From an uncultured Candidatus Saccharibacteria bacterium (lineage in GTDB: Bacteria > Patescibacteriota > Minisyncoccia > Phycocordibacterales > UBA2163), in NCBI GenBank assembly GCA_964626705.1, contig CAZVGL010000003.1:6543-70542 (forward strand): 64,000 bases of DNA, read 5' to 3'. Below, piece by piece: positions 39,788-49,948 of the stretch. A program made the position numbers and the translations under genes. Under the pieces are notes generated by a model. That model did not search any database, was not told the DNA's origin, and was given only the letters and a program-made list of their open reading frames with translations. How positions within the stretch are numbered: position 1 is the first letter of the stretch; each line of letters starts with the position of its first letter.

Positions 39788-40900
39788 TTATTTTAATATA
39801 TTTATTGTGCGCAGTGCAATCTCTTCAAGCTCATCCACCTTGATAACTTTTATTTTTACTTTTGAATCTGCACTCTCTATATATCCTTCTTTATCCAAAG
39901 TTTCATTGTTTTTATTTTTATCCACTTCAATTCCTATATGCGCAAGTTCAGTTAAGACCATCTCACGCATTGAGGATGATCTCTCGCTTATAGTGCCTGA
40001 AAAAACTAACAGGTCTAGACCACCAAGCGCTGCAGTGTATGATCCTATATATTTTTTTACATTGTATGCAAATATTTCTAATGCCAATTTTGCATTTTCA
40101 TCTCCATTATCTTTTAAATCAAACAGTTCTTTTACGTGTCCTGTCTTACCACTTATACCAAGTAGTCCACATTGAGTATTTAAATATTCATTAAGTTGCT
40201 CTAAGTTCATTTTCTTTTCATTCGCAAGCTGTATTAAAGCACCAGCACCAATATTACCTACACGTGTTGACATAGGAAGTCCTTCAAGTGGCGTAGTACC
40301 CATAGATGTATCAAAACTTTTCCCGTCTTTTATGGCTGTGACACTAGCACCCCCTCCTAAATGAGCGATTATTATTCTAGCTGGCACACTACCTTCGTCT
40401 TTTTGTATCTTTTGTAAAATAGATTGTATAGAGATACCATGATATCCAAATCTATATATATCTCCAGACGAAGCATCTTCTTGTGGAATATTATAAAGAT
40501 ATGAATGCTTTGGAAGATCTAAATGAAATGCACTATCTGACACCCCTACCATAGGAACTCCTGACAAAGATTCTCTAAGCTCTTTTATTTCCTCTATAAG
40601 TGAGTGTATATGTAGTGGTGCTTTTTCTTCTGTTATTTCTAAGTTTTTTAGATATTCTTCATCTATCAACTTATCTTCTCTAAAGTAGCTACCAGATGCT
40701 ACTACCCTTAAACCAATACCTTCTATTTCATCTTTATTTATAGATTCAAGAAAACCCTCGAGTGCATTATTAAAATCAACTTCATTCATTTCATCCTTTT
40801 CAAAATGAATAGAAAGCTCTTCTTTATCTTTCGAATATAGAGCATATCGTTTCGAAGCACTCCCTATGTTTACAATTAAATATTTCTTTTCCATGTCCAA
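39788..40900 (-). CDS. ackA: Acetate kinase
   Basis: N-terminal YLIVNIGSASKRYALY and ASKHA acetate-kinase architecture. Adjacent to phosphoketolase. Confidence 0.85.
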   Translation of the reverse strand: MDMEKKYLIVNIGSASKRYALYSKDKEELSIHFEKDEMNEVDFNNALEGFLESINKDEIEGIGLRVVASGSYFREDKLIDEEYLKNLEITEEKAPLHIHSLIEEIKELRESLSGVPMVGVSDSAFHLDLPKHSYLYNIPQEDASSGDIYRFGYHGISIQSILQKIQKDEGSVPARIIIAHLGGGASVTAIKDGKSFDTSMGTTPLEGLPMSTRVGNIGAGALIQLANEKKMNLEQLNEYLNTQCGLLGISGKTGHVKELFDLKDNGDENAKLALEIFAYNVKKYIGSYTAALGGLDLLVFSGTISERSSSMREMVLTELAHIGIEVDKNKNNETLDKEGYIESADSKVKIKVIKVDELEEIALRTINILK

Positions 40901-43242
40901 TTTGTTATTTCAGGAGTATCAACTCCATTCTCTTTAATATACACTATATGCTCATTTATTTTAGCTTCATACTTACTTACTAGAACTTTCTTTTTATCTT
41001 CACTTATAACACCTTGTTCTGTAGCTCTATTAAATACATCCATAGCCAAATGGTAGCGACTTGTAGTATTTCTAATCTGCATATCAAAAGGTGTCGTAGT
41101 AGAACCATTCTCTATATAACCATGCACATAGAATCTTCTTCTATGTTTTCCATAGTTAAACAAAGTCTGCTTTAATGTCTCTGGGTATCCATGAAAGTTA
41201 AATATTACAGGTTTATCTTCTGTAAAATACTTATCAAAATCATTAAATGGTACTTTACAATCTACATCTCCAAGACCTATAGCAGAAAGTGAGAGTATAT
41301 TTACAAAACGCATTTTTATCTCCGGCGCTTCTTCTTTAACTATATCAATAGCTGCCAATGCTTCAAGTGTCATATAATCCCCAGCAGATGCTATAACAAT
41401 ATCAGGATCATTATCGCTAGCAAAATCCCAAGTCATAAGTCCTTGTGCAAGACTTATTCTAGCTTGCTTCTCTGTAAGCCAATTAAATTTTGCTTTTTTA
41501 CCCGTAACTATGATATTCATCTCCTTCTTAGACCTAAGGCATTTCTCTATTACCAAAAGTGCACTGTTTGCATCTGGTGGGAAATAAACATTTACAAAAC
41601 ATCCTTGCTTCTGAAGCATGTTGTCGATAAACCCTGGGTTCTGATGAGAAAAACCATTATGCTCTTGCCTCCAACCAGAAGATGTGAGTATGTAGTTAAG
41701 TGAGGCTATATCACCACGCCAACTTGTCTCGCGAGCAATCTTTAAAAACTTTGCATACTGATCTGCCATACTTGATATGATCTGCACAAATGCTTCATAA
41801 GATGCGAACACTGAATGTCTTCCCGTAAGTACATAACCTTGCATAAGACCTTGGAGTGAGTGCTCACTTAACATCTCCATCACCCTACCATCTGCAGAAA
41901 TATCTTTATCCCACTTTTCAATTGGCCATACAAAAGCTCTATTAGTCTCTTCAAATACATCATAGAGCTTATTTGAGTAAGTCTCATCTGGGGACATAAG
42001 TCTAAAGTTTTTATTATCTTTATTAAGTACAAAAACTTCTTTCATATACATGCCGATTTTTTTCATACTACTAGGACATTCTTCTCCACAAGCGACCGCG
42101 TTATCGGCAAAATCTGACACATCTGGAAGCGCCAGCGGAGTATATGCATCATCCCCACCGAACGTATGTTTATTTAAGCCCATCTTCAAACCATCTCTTG
42201 GCACCATATTTAAGACATCTTCATCAAATCCTTTTTCTTTATTAAAAAGCTCGTCAAATTCATATGACTTAAGCCATTCATTAAGAGCATCTAGATCATC
42301 TATTTCGTCTTTAGCATGCGGTGCAGGAACTTGGTGTGAAAGTGCATTACCTTCTATCTTTTCTCCATGTAGTTCTTTTATGCCAGTCCAACCTTTTGGA
42401 GTCCTAAGTATTATCATTGGGAATTGTGGTTTTTCTACCTTTTCTCCATCACGCGCTCTTTCTTGAATATCTTGAATCTTTGCATAACACCATTCAAGTT
42501 TTTCTGCCATCTCTTCATATGGATCATCTATACCATCTGTTACATCTACAATAAACACCTCGTATCCATAGCCAGTAAAAAGTGACCTGAGCTCACTATC
42601 AGACATCCTTCCGAAGATAGTTGGTCCTGATATTTTGTAACCGTTTAAATGTAGTATCGGAAGTACTGCACCATTTGTTGCTGGGTCTATAAATTTATTC
42701 AAATGCCATGCTGCTGCAGTTGGGCCAGTCTCTGCTTCGCCATCTCCGACCAGACATGCCACTATAAGATCTGGATTATCTAGCACTGCTCCATAAGAGG
42801 TCGCAAGAGCATATCCAAGCTCTCCACCCTCAAGTATCACCCCTGGGGCTTCTGGATTACTGTGACTTGGAAATCCATAAGGCCAACTAAAGTTTTTACA
42901 AATATATCCAATACCATCTTCAGTATGTGTTGCATCTGAATAGTATTTTTCTAAAGCACCTTCTAAAAATAAATTAGCCTGAAGTGCAGGAAAGCCATGC
43001 CCAGGACCAAGTACGAACATCATGTCTGTACTGTGTTTGTTGATCAGGTGGTTCAAGTGAGCGTATACGAAGTTTATACCAGGACAAGTACCCCAATGCC
43101 CCATGAGCCGTGGTTTTATATCTTCAGGTTTTAATTTCTCTTCACCTATATAATTACCTTGCAAATAAATCTGTGCGGCAGACAGATAATTTGTCGCTCG
43201 TACATACTTTTTTATATCTTCTATTTCCCCTATTGGTTTCAT
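40876..43242 (-). CDS. xfp: Xylulose-5-phosphate/fructose-6-phosphate phosphoketolase. The likely start is at MKPIGEIED; the track ORF begins 24 codons further upstream.
   Basis: Phosphoketolase signatures RATNYLSAAQIYL, HWGTCPGINFVYAHLN, LGPGHGFPAL and GGELGYALAT (TPP-binding), about 790 aa. Confidence 0.9.
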   Translation of the reverse strand: MKPIGEIEDIKKYVRATNYLSAAQIYLQGNYIGEEKLKPEDIKPRLMGHWGTCPGINFVYAHLNHLINKHSTDMMFVLGPGHGFPALQANLFLEGALEKYYSDATHTEDGIGYICKNFSWPYGFPSHSNPEAPGVILEGGELGYALATSYGAVLDNPDLIVACLVGDGEAETGPTAAAWHLNKFIDPATNGAVLPILHLNGYKISGPTIFGRMSDSELRSLFTGYGYEVFIVDVTDGIDDPYEEMAEKLEWCYAKIQDIQERARDGEKVEKPQFPMIILRTPKGWTGIKELHGEKIEGNALSHQVPAPHAKDEIDDLDALNEWLKSYEFDELFNKEKGFDEDVLNMVPRDGLKMGLNKHTFGGDDAYTPLALPDVSDFADNAVACGEECPSSMKKIGMYMKEVFVLNKDNKNFRLMSPDETYSNKLYDVFEETNRAFVWPIEKWDKDISADGRVMEMLSEHSLQGLMQGYVLTGRHSVFASYEAFVQIISSMADQYAKFLKIARETSWRGDIASLNYILTSSGWRQEHNGFSHQNPGFIDNMLQKQGCFVNVYFPPDANSALLVIEKCLRSKKEMNIIVTGKKAKFNWLTEKQARISLAQGLMTWDFASDNDPDIVIASAGDYMTLEALAAIDIVKEEAPEIKMRFVNILSLSAIGLGDVDCKVPFNDFDKYFTEDKPVIFNFHGYPETLKQTLFNYGKHRRRFYVHGYIENGSTTTPFDMQIRNTTSRYHLAMDVFNRATEQGVISEDKKKVLVSKYEAKINEHIVYIKENGVDTPEITNWTWKRNI

Positions 43243-43352
43243 TAAGAATATTGTAACATCTTTTATAAGAAATCCTTCGCAATATGTACCACAAAAACCA
43301 AACGACTCGATCATATGATCGAGTCGTTTAATTCTATACTCTTATATACTAA

Positions 43353-43829
43353 CTATCTTCCTTTCCTAAATCCTTTATGTTTACCGTGATGACGTTTTTC
43401 AAAGCCTAGATCTTTCATTATCTCCCTTGCTCCTTCCATATCTCCTGCTTCTCGAAGACCATGAGCCTCTACAAGCTTCGCAAACACTTCTTGTGTTATG
43501 TCGTTTCCAAAGTGCGGCTTATTAGCTATGTTTTGAAAAGCTACATAATCATTGTTTGATATTGCTTCTTTTATAGCCTCTCTTGTAGCAAAATGATCTG
43601 CTTTTATCTCATCTCGTATTCCGCTCATGAGCTCTCTAGCTTCTTCATACTTACCGTCTTCCTTAAGATCACGTGCTTGCTGTATCGTCTGTTTCTGCGC
43701 GTCAGTCAAATTATCAAACTTAGCTGGATTAAATGCCATTGCATTTGTTGCTCCAACTCCCGCGATGATCAATGCCATTGTAAGTATAGAGCTTTTTGTT
43801 AAGAAATTTTTTGTTCTAGTATTTTTCAT
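43353..43829 (-). CDS. Secreted helical repeat protein with a His/Lys-rich C-terminus, hypothetical
   Basis: Signal peptide. Repeated EEARELM / EGAREIM motifs. C-terminal KRHHGKHKGFRKGR. Confidence 0.4.
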   Translation of the reverse strand: MKNTRTKNFLTKSSILTMALIIAGVGATNAMAFNPAKFDNLTDAQKQTIQQARDLKEDGKYEEARELMSGIRDEIKADHFATREAIKEAISNNDYVAFQNIANKPHFGNDITQEVFAKLVEAHGLREAGDMEGAREIMKDLGFEKRHHGKHKGFRKGR

Positions 43830-43870
43830 AATATTTATTTAATTATTTTAGTAACACTTATATGCCTACG

Positions 43871-44733
43871 TTATCGTGAAGTACTGAAAGCGCTTCGTTC
43901 ACATAAGCTATTACGCAAATCAAAAATATTTCTTTCATCTAAATTTTGTTCTCTCAACTTATTTCTTACATTGTCAAATCTTTCTTTTTTTATTCCCCTC
44001 ATCATGGCACTTTCTTGCACTCTTTTACTTTCCCCCTTAACGGTCCACGGCAATACAGCGCACGCCTCAAACACGCCTTCTTCTATCTTAATACCTATCA
44101 CTCTTACATTATCAATATTATTAAATATTACTTTATGTATCTGCGGCAACTTATCTCCTAAAACAGTCCACTCGTTACCGCCCACATCCTTCAATACAAA
44201 ACTATCATCTTCTACAGACACGATGATCCCTGCCAGCAACCCTCTTTCTGAATGGTTCCACATTTGAAGTCTTTTCGCTCCAAGATCTTGATACGCATTA
44301 AACTTCTGCCCTAGGATATTGTCGACACGATGCCCTATGCCAAATGCATATAACGAAGAACCTAGAACAAGGCTCGCGAAGACACTTATCCCTATCACTG
44401 TAAGCAAGCCATAGCGATACCCTTTCTTTGTATGCTTAAAATTATAGTCAGCAGTAAATATAAACAAACTTAGTAATGCGATCCACAGATACGGAACCAT
44501 CACTATCATATGCCTACCCAAACCTCCGCTCACATATGTACGCGCATTCCAATCACTGTTTACCAAGGTAAATATAATTATTGATATTGCGACACCTCCT
44601 ATTACTATAGATACAGCAAAAACAGTCCAGACGAAATAACCCTTAAGCTTAAAGTGCCACTTTGGTTTAGGAGAAATATGCTTCTCTTTAATTTTCTCAA
44701 ATATTTCTTTTGTAAGTTTTTGATTATTCATAA
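43871..44733 (-). CDS. Putative anti-sigma factor / membrane protein co-transcribed with the ECF sigma gene (start taken at MNNQKL)
   Basis: Overlaps the sigma gene stop. Cytoplasmic N-terminus followed by about 4 TM helices. Confidence 0.4.
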
Positions 44734-45332
44734 TATAAATCAATATTTTGTTTACTAAGTTCTGCTCTAAATTTTTTCTTCGCCCTACTGAGCAGAACAG
44801 CAACTGTCCCCATCGGTTTTTTTAATATATCAGATATCTCTCTATAATCTTTCTCTTCTAAAAACCGTAGCACTAGGACTTCTTTATACTTGGAGTCCAT
44901 CGTATCTAAAGTACTATCGATATGTTTGCGTAAATATTTGATATCACCCTCTTTTTTAATATCAAAATCATCGGCAATATTTTTAAGTACATCATCTTCT
45001 ATCTGAACAAGGTTCCCATGTGGACGAACTTTGTTTTTTCTATGTGTACTTATGACTTTATTATGAGCTATCCTATATATCCATGACGAAAACTTAAGAT
45101 TCATATCGAAACCATTCAGATTATAATATGCACTTATAAAAGTATCTTGCAGGATGTCATGAAGCTCTTCTTGGTTTATGTTTGTAATACGACTTATATA
45201 GCGTAACAACTTCTTTTCATACCTATTTATGATATACCCAAAATACTCCTCATTTTCCAAGGATAACTTCACCAGATCTTCATCTGTCTTGTTTTCAATT
45301 TCTTTCAAATTAAACATATTACCCTTACCCAT
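44724..45332 (-). CDS. RNA polymerase sigma-70 family ECF-type sigma factor (start taken at MGKGNMFNL)
   Basis: Region 2 (DILQDTFISAYYNLNGFD...FSSWIYRIAHNKVISTHRK) and region 4 (LRFLEEKDYREISDILKKPMGTVAVLLSRAKKKFR). Confidence 0.7.
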   Translation of the reverse strand: MGKGNMFNLKEIENKTDEDLVKLSLENEEYFGYIINRYEKKLLRYISRITNINQEELHDILQDTFISAYYNLNGFDMNLKFSSWIYRIAHNKVISTHRKNKVRPHGNLVQIEDDVLKNIADDFDIKKEGDIKYLRKHIDSTLDTMDSKYKEVLVLRFLEEKDYREISDILKKPMGTVAVLLSRAKKKFRAELSKQNIDLYYE

Positions 45333-45539
45333 GTATAGCTCTTTCTTATACGCATTTGTTCCACACTTTCTTTCATTATACCAAACCGGAACTTTTATAA
45401 GTAATACACATCTTGACTTGACAAATATGTATGGTTTGGTATAATAATACACAGATAAACAAGCTCGTAAGGGTTTGTTGCAGATGTGATATGGATATCG
45501 TATCTGTTTTGTATATTTTTTCTAAAGGGGAAAATAATT

Positions 45540-45947
45540 ATGAATAAGAATGAAGTTTGTAATGAAAATAGTACGCCCTACAATTGCCATTTTGCCGTAA
45601 AAGATCAGCAATTAGAATTTGCTCCAAATATAATCGAGATAAAAGAAGATGATTGTATTTGTAAAGCATTAGCAGCTGTAATGAGCACATTGAGTGATTC
45701 CAAAGTTAAAGAAGTTTATATAACTTTCGAAAAACCTGAAAAAGACATGGACGTAGTTTTTATAGATATATGGAAACAAAGTCCTGATAGTTGTATCAAA
45801 AGCTCTTTTCACAGAAAAGCAAACTCCACCGACTTAGCAATAGTTATGGGGATCCTCGGATCAAGAAGTCCTCGCAAGATGATGGACAACTTTGACAATT
45901 CAAAGTACACCGCAACCTTGAGAATAGAGTTAGTGAGTATCGTTTAA
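45540..45947 (+). CDS. Hypothetical Cys-containing protein (about 135 aa from MNKNEV)
   Basis: AAGGGG RBS upstream of the internal ATG; coding composition. Confidence 0.3.
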   Translation: MNKNEVCNENSTPYNCHFAVKDQQLEFAPNIIEIKEDDCICKALAAVMSTLSDSKVKEVYITFEKPEKDMDVVFIDIWKQSPDSCIKSSFHRKANSTDLAIVMGILGSRSPRKMMDNFDNSKYTATLRIELVSIV

Positions 45948-46140
45948 CTCTACATCATTAAACCAAACAAAAGCGAGTATCTTAAAAGACAACCTGTCTA
46001 AAAGATACCCGCTTTATTTGCACCTAATTTTTATATACAGAAAACCTAGATTGGCTGAACTTTACCTTTCTTAGGTTTTTTCTTTTCCTTTTTTTGATCT
46101 CTTCCTTTTGCCATAATATTTTTATTAATTAATTTTTAAA

Positions 46141-46605
46141 CTATTCACCTTCTGCAACCCTTTCATAATTAAGTGTATTCCCTCTTGGGAGAGAACCAAG
46201 TGAAAGTGTTGTGTCGTCTACATTAAGTACAGTATAAGTAAACACTTCTTCATTGTCACTAACTATAATGAATGTTCCGTCTATATTTTCACCATTGTTT
46301 AATTCAATACTGTTTACTATCTCCCATGTACCACCTCGCATCTCCTCTCCATCGTAAACGTCTTTCGTTGTACTGTCACTACTAAAAACTTTTACACTTT
46401 TTTCATCATCTACACTCTTCCAGCTTCCTGTCATATTGCCCAATACATCATTTATATCAAAAACCTCGATCTCAGGTAATGCTTCATCTTGAGCAATACT
46501 TTCTTCTGATCCTGGAACAGGACCATTAATAAGATCTGACTTAAAAGCGAAGAACCCAAGAGCGATTATGATTATTAGTATTAGTATATAGTGACTTGTA
46601 TTCAT
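46141..46605 (-). CDS. Hypothetical secreted/anchored acidic protein
   Basis: N-terminal TM/signal HYILILIIIIALGFFAF and an acidic body. Confidence 0.4.
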   Translation of the reverse strand: MNTSHYILILIIIIALGFFAFKSDLINGPVPGSEESIAQDEALPEIEVFDINDVLGNMTGSWKSVDDEKSVKVFSSDSTTKDVYDGEEMRGGTWEIVNSIELNNGENIDGTFIIVSDNEEVFTYTVLNVDDTTLSLGSLPRGNTLNYERVAEGE

Positions 46606-46673
46606 ATTTATTTTTTTATTAATATATAAATATTATATCGTTGTGGATTTTAAAAATCAATATAAGCATCTGC

Positions 46674-46880
46674 TTATTTGCAATTTATCGAGCAGGTTCT
46701 CCTCATTTCTTTTAGCTTAGCTTTTTGTAGATGTGAATCCTTCTTATCTACGACCTTATAGTCTACATCTCTTATGTCCTTATTTCCTTCTGTAAACCCA
46801 TCCCCCATCTCAAAATCAATACTTGTTACATAGTACAAACCAAGTCCTACAAAAAATACAATTATTATTAAAATAAACAT
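46674..46880 (-). CDS. Small membrane protein (68 aa), hypothetical
   Basis: TGCTATAAT-type box directly upstream (46881-46893). N-terminal TM helix. Confidence 0.3.
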   Translation of the reverse strand: MFILIIIVFFVGLGLYYVTSIDFEMGDGFTEGNKDIRDVDYKVVDKKDSHLQKAKLKEMRRTCSINCK

Positions 46881-46906
46881 ATCAGTATTATAGCAAATTT
46901 AAGTTT

Positions 46907-47550
46907 TTACAAACTAATACGAGATCTTATAAAAGCATCGGCATCTTCTGAGCACTCTTGCACCTTATCCTTTGATACATATAAATACCTGCGATCTTCT
47001 GATGTCTTTCTGCCTTTTATACATTCTAGATGTAGGTGTATCCCATGTGACAAACCAGTCTGCCCAGTAATACCGCATACATTACCTACACTATACTGAC
47101 CTTTACCTGGAGCTTGGTCTCGCAGATGAAAATATACAAAAGTACGATCTACCTCCGGCACATAATAGAAAAAATAATTACCAAAATACTGGTTTAAGCC
47201 TGTCTCTATAACCTCCCCATCTGCACAAAAATATAACGGCACCATATCTTCTCCTTGAGTACCGTAGTCAACACCAGGGTGATGCCCCGTCTTCTTATAT
47301 GTGTCTGGATCGTGGTTTAGGAAAGATTGTGTGATGCTAAACTTATCAGACCTAATAGGAACATGCCATTTGGGTAATACTACTACAGGTGTATCTTCTA
47401 CTTCTTCTACTACTACAGGTTCACTGCTCGTATCTGGAGTAGTATCTACTACAGTGGTAGAAACAGTAGTTTCTATCTTTGTAGTTGACTTAACAGACGT
47501 GCGACCAAATAAAGAAGCAAGTATTGCAAAAAAGGCTTTTAATATTTTCA
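46907..47550 (-). CDS. M23-family (LytM-like) peptidoglycan endopeptidase (start taken at MKILKAFF)
   Basis: HHPGVDYGTQGEDMVPLY (HxxxD), FCADGEV and HGIHLHLE (HxH) M23 motifs. Signal peptide. Confidence 0.65.
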
Positions 47551-47556
47551 TATGGT

Positions 47557-47633
47557 TATTATAGCAGATTTCAACGGCTAAGCTTCCCAAAGCTTAGCCG
47601 TTGCCTAAAATCAATATTTCTGGTATTGTGCGG
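47557..47633. promoter_or_regulatory. Divergent promoter cassette, copy 1. It holds a TGCTATAATAA box for the minus gene, a 10-bp hairpin (47576-47599) and TTGCCT-N17-TATTGT-GCGG for the plus gene.
   Basis: Read directly. The same architecture recurs at 48367-48467. Confidence 0.5.
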
Positions 47634-47673
47634 TAAATCAATTGTTTTTTAATTTATATATAGGGAGATAAAA

Positions 47674-48066
47674 GTGGAAAATCAAACACTCGGCTTTTCA
47701 GAATCTATACCGAAAGAAATACTCGATGCCATATTGACGAGTTGCCATAATCCATTAAAAAGTCCGAAAGAAATTATGGAAGAAAAATGCTATTTAGTAC
47801 AAACTGATGATTCGTTATCAGTTGACAGTATGATACGCGTCCATATTTACAATGATGAAGCGGATTGTGAAGTAACTGGTAAACTTATCAACATAGAAAA
47901 TTGTAAGATCGAAGAAGATGCACACCTCCCGCAATATCAGATAAAAGGAGAAATATCAGTGAATATTTTCAATAGGTTATTGGAACATCTTGCAAAGAGA
48001 TTCAGTGATCAAAAAATCATGTTATCAAAAGGAAATCATGAATATCGCGAACCAAGGAGTAAGTAG
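47674..48066 (+). CDS. Hypothetical protein (130 aa)
   Basis: GGGAGA RBS, cassette promoter upstream and terminator at 48101-48138. Confidence 0.35.
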   Translation: MENQTLGFSESIPKEILDAILTSCHNPLKSPKEIMEEKCYLVQTDDSLSVDSMIRVHIYNDEADCEVTGKLINIENCKIEEDAHLPQYQIKGEISVNIFNRLLEHLAKRFSDQKIMLSKGNHEYREPRSK

Positions 48067-48100
48067 CTGTAGTCACACAAAATCATCCGATACACGAAAA

Positions 48101-48138
48101 AAGGCGGCCCGCATAAAAACGGATCGCCTTCTTTTTTT
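48101..48138. terminator. Bidirectional terminator (AAGGCGgcccgcataaaaacggatCGCCTT + T-run), homologous to the one at 48724-48760
   Basis: Stem plus T8 read directly. Confidence 0.55.
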
Positions 48139-48147
48139 GCTTGCATG

Positions 48148-48360
48148 CTAATAATCAATAACCTTCCCCGTGTTTTCTGGGATCAAGAAAATCGCGATTA
48201 TGTAAAGCAAGACACCAGGTGCAAAACCTGAGACAACCGCCACCAAGGCCCATATGATACGGAGGATCGTTGGGTCGATATCAAAATACTCGCCTATACC
48301 TCCAACGATACCGAAGAATATTTTATTGTCTTTACTTTTGTATAGTTTTTTTGTTTTCAT
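48148..48360 (-). CDS. PspC-domain small membrane protein (start taken at MKTKKLYK)
   Basis: KIFFGIVGGIGEYFDIDPTILRIIWAL PspC signature followed by a TM helix. A TGCTATAATAAAC box lies 5 nt upstream of the ATG. Confidence 0.55.
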   Translation of the reverse strand: MKTKKLYKSKDNKIFFGIVGGIGEYFDIDPTILRIIWALVAVVSGFAPGVLLYIIAIFLIPENTGKVIDY

Positions 48361-48366
48361 GAGTTT

Positions 48367-48467
48367 ATTATAGCAAATCACAACACAGCCGGACATAGCC
48401 GTGGATTGGTTGAACGGCTCAAGTCGTTGAGCCATTGCCTAAAATGAGCATTTCTGATATTGTGCGG
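48367..48467. promoter_or_regulatory. Divergent promoter cassette, copy 2 (TGCTATAATAA / hairpin 48416-48433 / TTGCCT-N17-TATTGT-GCGG)
   Basis: Read directly; paralogous to 47557-47633. Confidence 0.5.
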
Positions 48468-48506
48468 GAAGTTAGTTATTTTAAAACTTAATTGGGGAGG
48501 GACATT

Positions 48507-48696
48507 AATGGAATTAAATCCTGACGATATCGTACTGATTCGTGCTAAAGTAACCAGAATACAAGACAATGGAGCAGTAGGAGTAATGGTTGACTACTCT
48601 TGTAGGCCAAAACCACATCATGCTTTTTTTACGATCCAGGATGGAGATTTAGCAGAACTTGTTGTCCCATTAAAGCAAGACAGCATAAAATCTTAA
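48507..48696 (+). CDS. Hypothetical small protein (63 aa from MELNPDD)
   Basis: GGGGAGGG RBS 6 nt upstream. Cassette promoter upstream and terminator 48724-48760 downstream. Confidence 0.3.
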
Positions 48697-48812
48697 CTTA
48701 TTTTAATCGTTAACATAAAATAAAAGGCAATCCCCTAAAAACGGATTGCCTTGTTTCATTTAAATTTCAGTGTTTTTTAAACAACCTAGCCGGTCGGGTT
48801 GTTTAATGAGGA

Positions 48813-49415
48813 TTATTTCTCCCCCACTGTCTTTACAATGTTCTCTATATCAGGAAAGAGTTTATTAAAAATATTATCAATCTCTGTTATATCAATCTTT
48901 TCAGACAAATTTTGTTCTTTCCCTTGACCTGGTAAGATTTTTGAGAAGATTAAATCAACAATCCTTTCCTTTTCCCAATGACCCACTTTGTATTGTTGAA
49001 TAAAACCTTCGATCATCAAATGTATTATTTCATGAATTATTGTTCCAACATACCCATCACTATTTATTGAACTAACATTTACGACAATCTCGTTCGGAAG
49101 ATCATAACCACCACTAACACCATATTTTGTAATAAGTACTTCATACTCTTCAAGTGGTTTTATAGATACATCTGAGAAAATTTTATCTATATTCGGTAAT
49201 TTATTCGACAAATCATCTGAGATCTTTTTATAATCCTCTTCATTATATTCTTTAGATACCAAATCTCTGATGTATTCTTTGTCAGTACTGTCAGTATTAA
49301 TATCTAAAGGGAGTATTATTTTATAACCTTTTTCTTTATACCAGCTTATTCTTTTTAATATATTAAAAACTTGGTCAACTTCAGACTCAAGAGAGTGTTC
49401 TATTTTTATTTTCAT
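48813..49415 (-). CDS. Hypothetical protein with an HExxH motif (TIIHEIIHLMIEG); possible metallopeptidase-like fold
   Basis: The motif was noticed by eye; no other family signature recognised. Confidence 0.35.
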   Translation of the reverse strand: MKIKIEHSLESEVDQVFNILKRISWYKEKGYKIILPLDINTDSTDKEYIRDLVSKEYNEEDYKKISDDLSNKLPNIDKIFSDVSIKPLEEYEVLITKYGVSGGYDLPNEIVVNVSSINSDGYVGTIIHEIIHLMIEGFIQQYKVGHWEKERIVDLIFSKILPGQGKEQNLSEKIDITEIDNIFNKLFPDIENIVKTVGEK

Positions 49416-49422
49416 AGGGGTA

Positions 49423-49944
49423 TTATATTAAATCAATAATTTTCTTTACAACATCTTCTATTACACCATCTGCATTTACGACAATAGCTTCGTGCTTCTT
49501 AACCTTATCTTCAAACCAATCTTTCCAACCTAAAACCACTTTACGACCTTCCTCCGTATTTCCCATATCACCTGTACCTTCACGACTTGAAAGTCTTTTG
49601 TGTAATATTTCTGGATTTGTTTGCAATAATATCGTTTTATCAAAAAGTGGGATTATGTCATCCATATTAGAAGCAACTCCACAATAAAAAGCTATATCTT
49701 CTTTTTGTTGCTCTAATAATTCTTTTAGTTTATTTACATCGCAAAGCCATTCTGCATTTTTTATCTTCTCTGCATCGGCATTGCTGTAGTCTTTATAAAC
49801 TTCTCCAGTATCTTTTCTAAACATATCAAACATACCGTCAATGGTCTCGATGTCGTAAGACTCATAACCAAGACGACAAAGTTCTTTATGTGCTGTTGAT
49901 TTTCCTGATCCAGCTATTCCTGTTATTAGGATTTTGGTTTTCAT
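49423..49944 (-). CDS. P-loop nucleoside/nucleotide kinase-like protein (AAA/adenylate-kinase-like fold)
   Basis: Walker A ILITGIAGSGKST at the N-terminus, 173 aa, kinase-size. Confidence 0.55.
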   Translation of the reverse strand: MKTKILITGIAGSGKSTAHKELCRLGYESYDIETIDGMFDMFRKDTGEVYKDYSNADAEKIKNAEWLCDVNKLKELLEQQKEDIAFYCGVASNMDDIIPLFDKTILLQTNPEILHKRLSSREGTGDMGNTEEGRKVVLGWKDWFEDKVKKHEAIVVNADGVIEDVVKKIIDLI

Positions 49945-49948
49945 AGTT

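Noticed and set aside
46086-46125. 22-aa Lys-rich micro-ORF (MAKGRDQKKEKKKPKKGKVQPI) between two terminator-like hairpins
   Set aside because: Too short and too low-complexity to call. It has no RBS and does not match ribosomal proteins L34 or L36.
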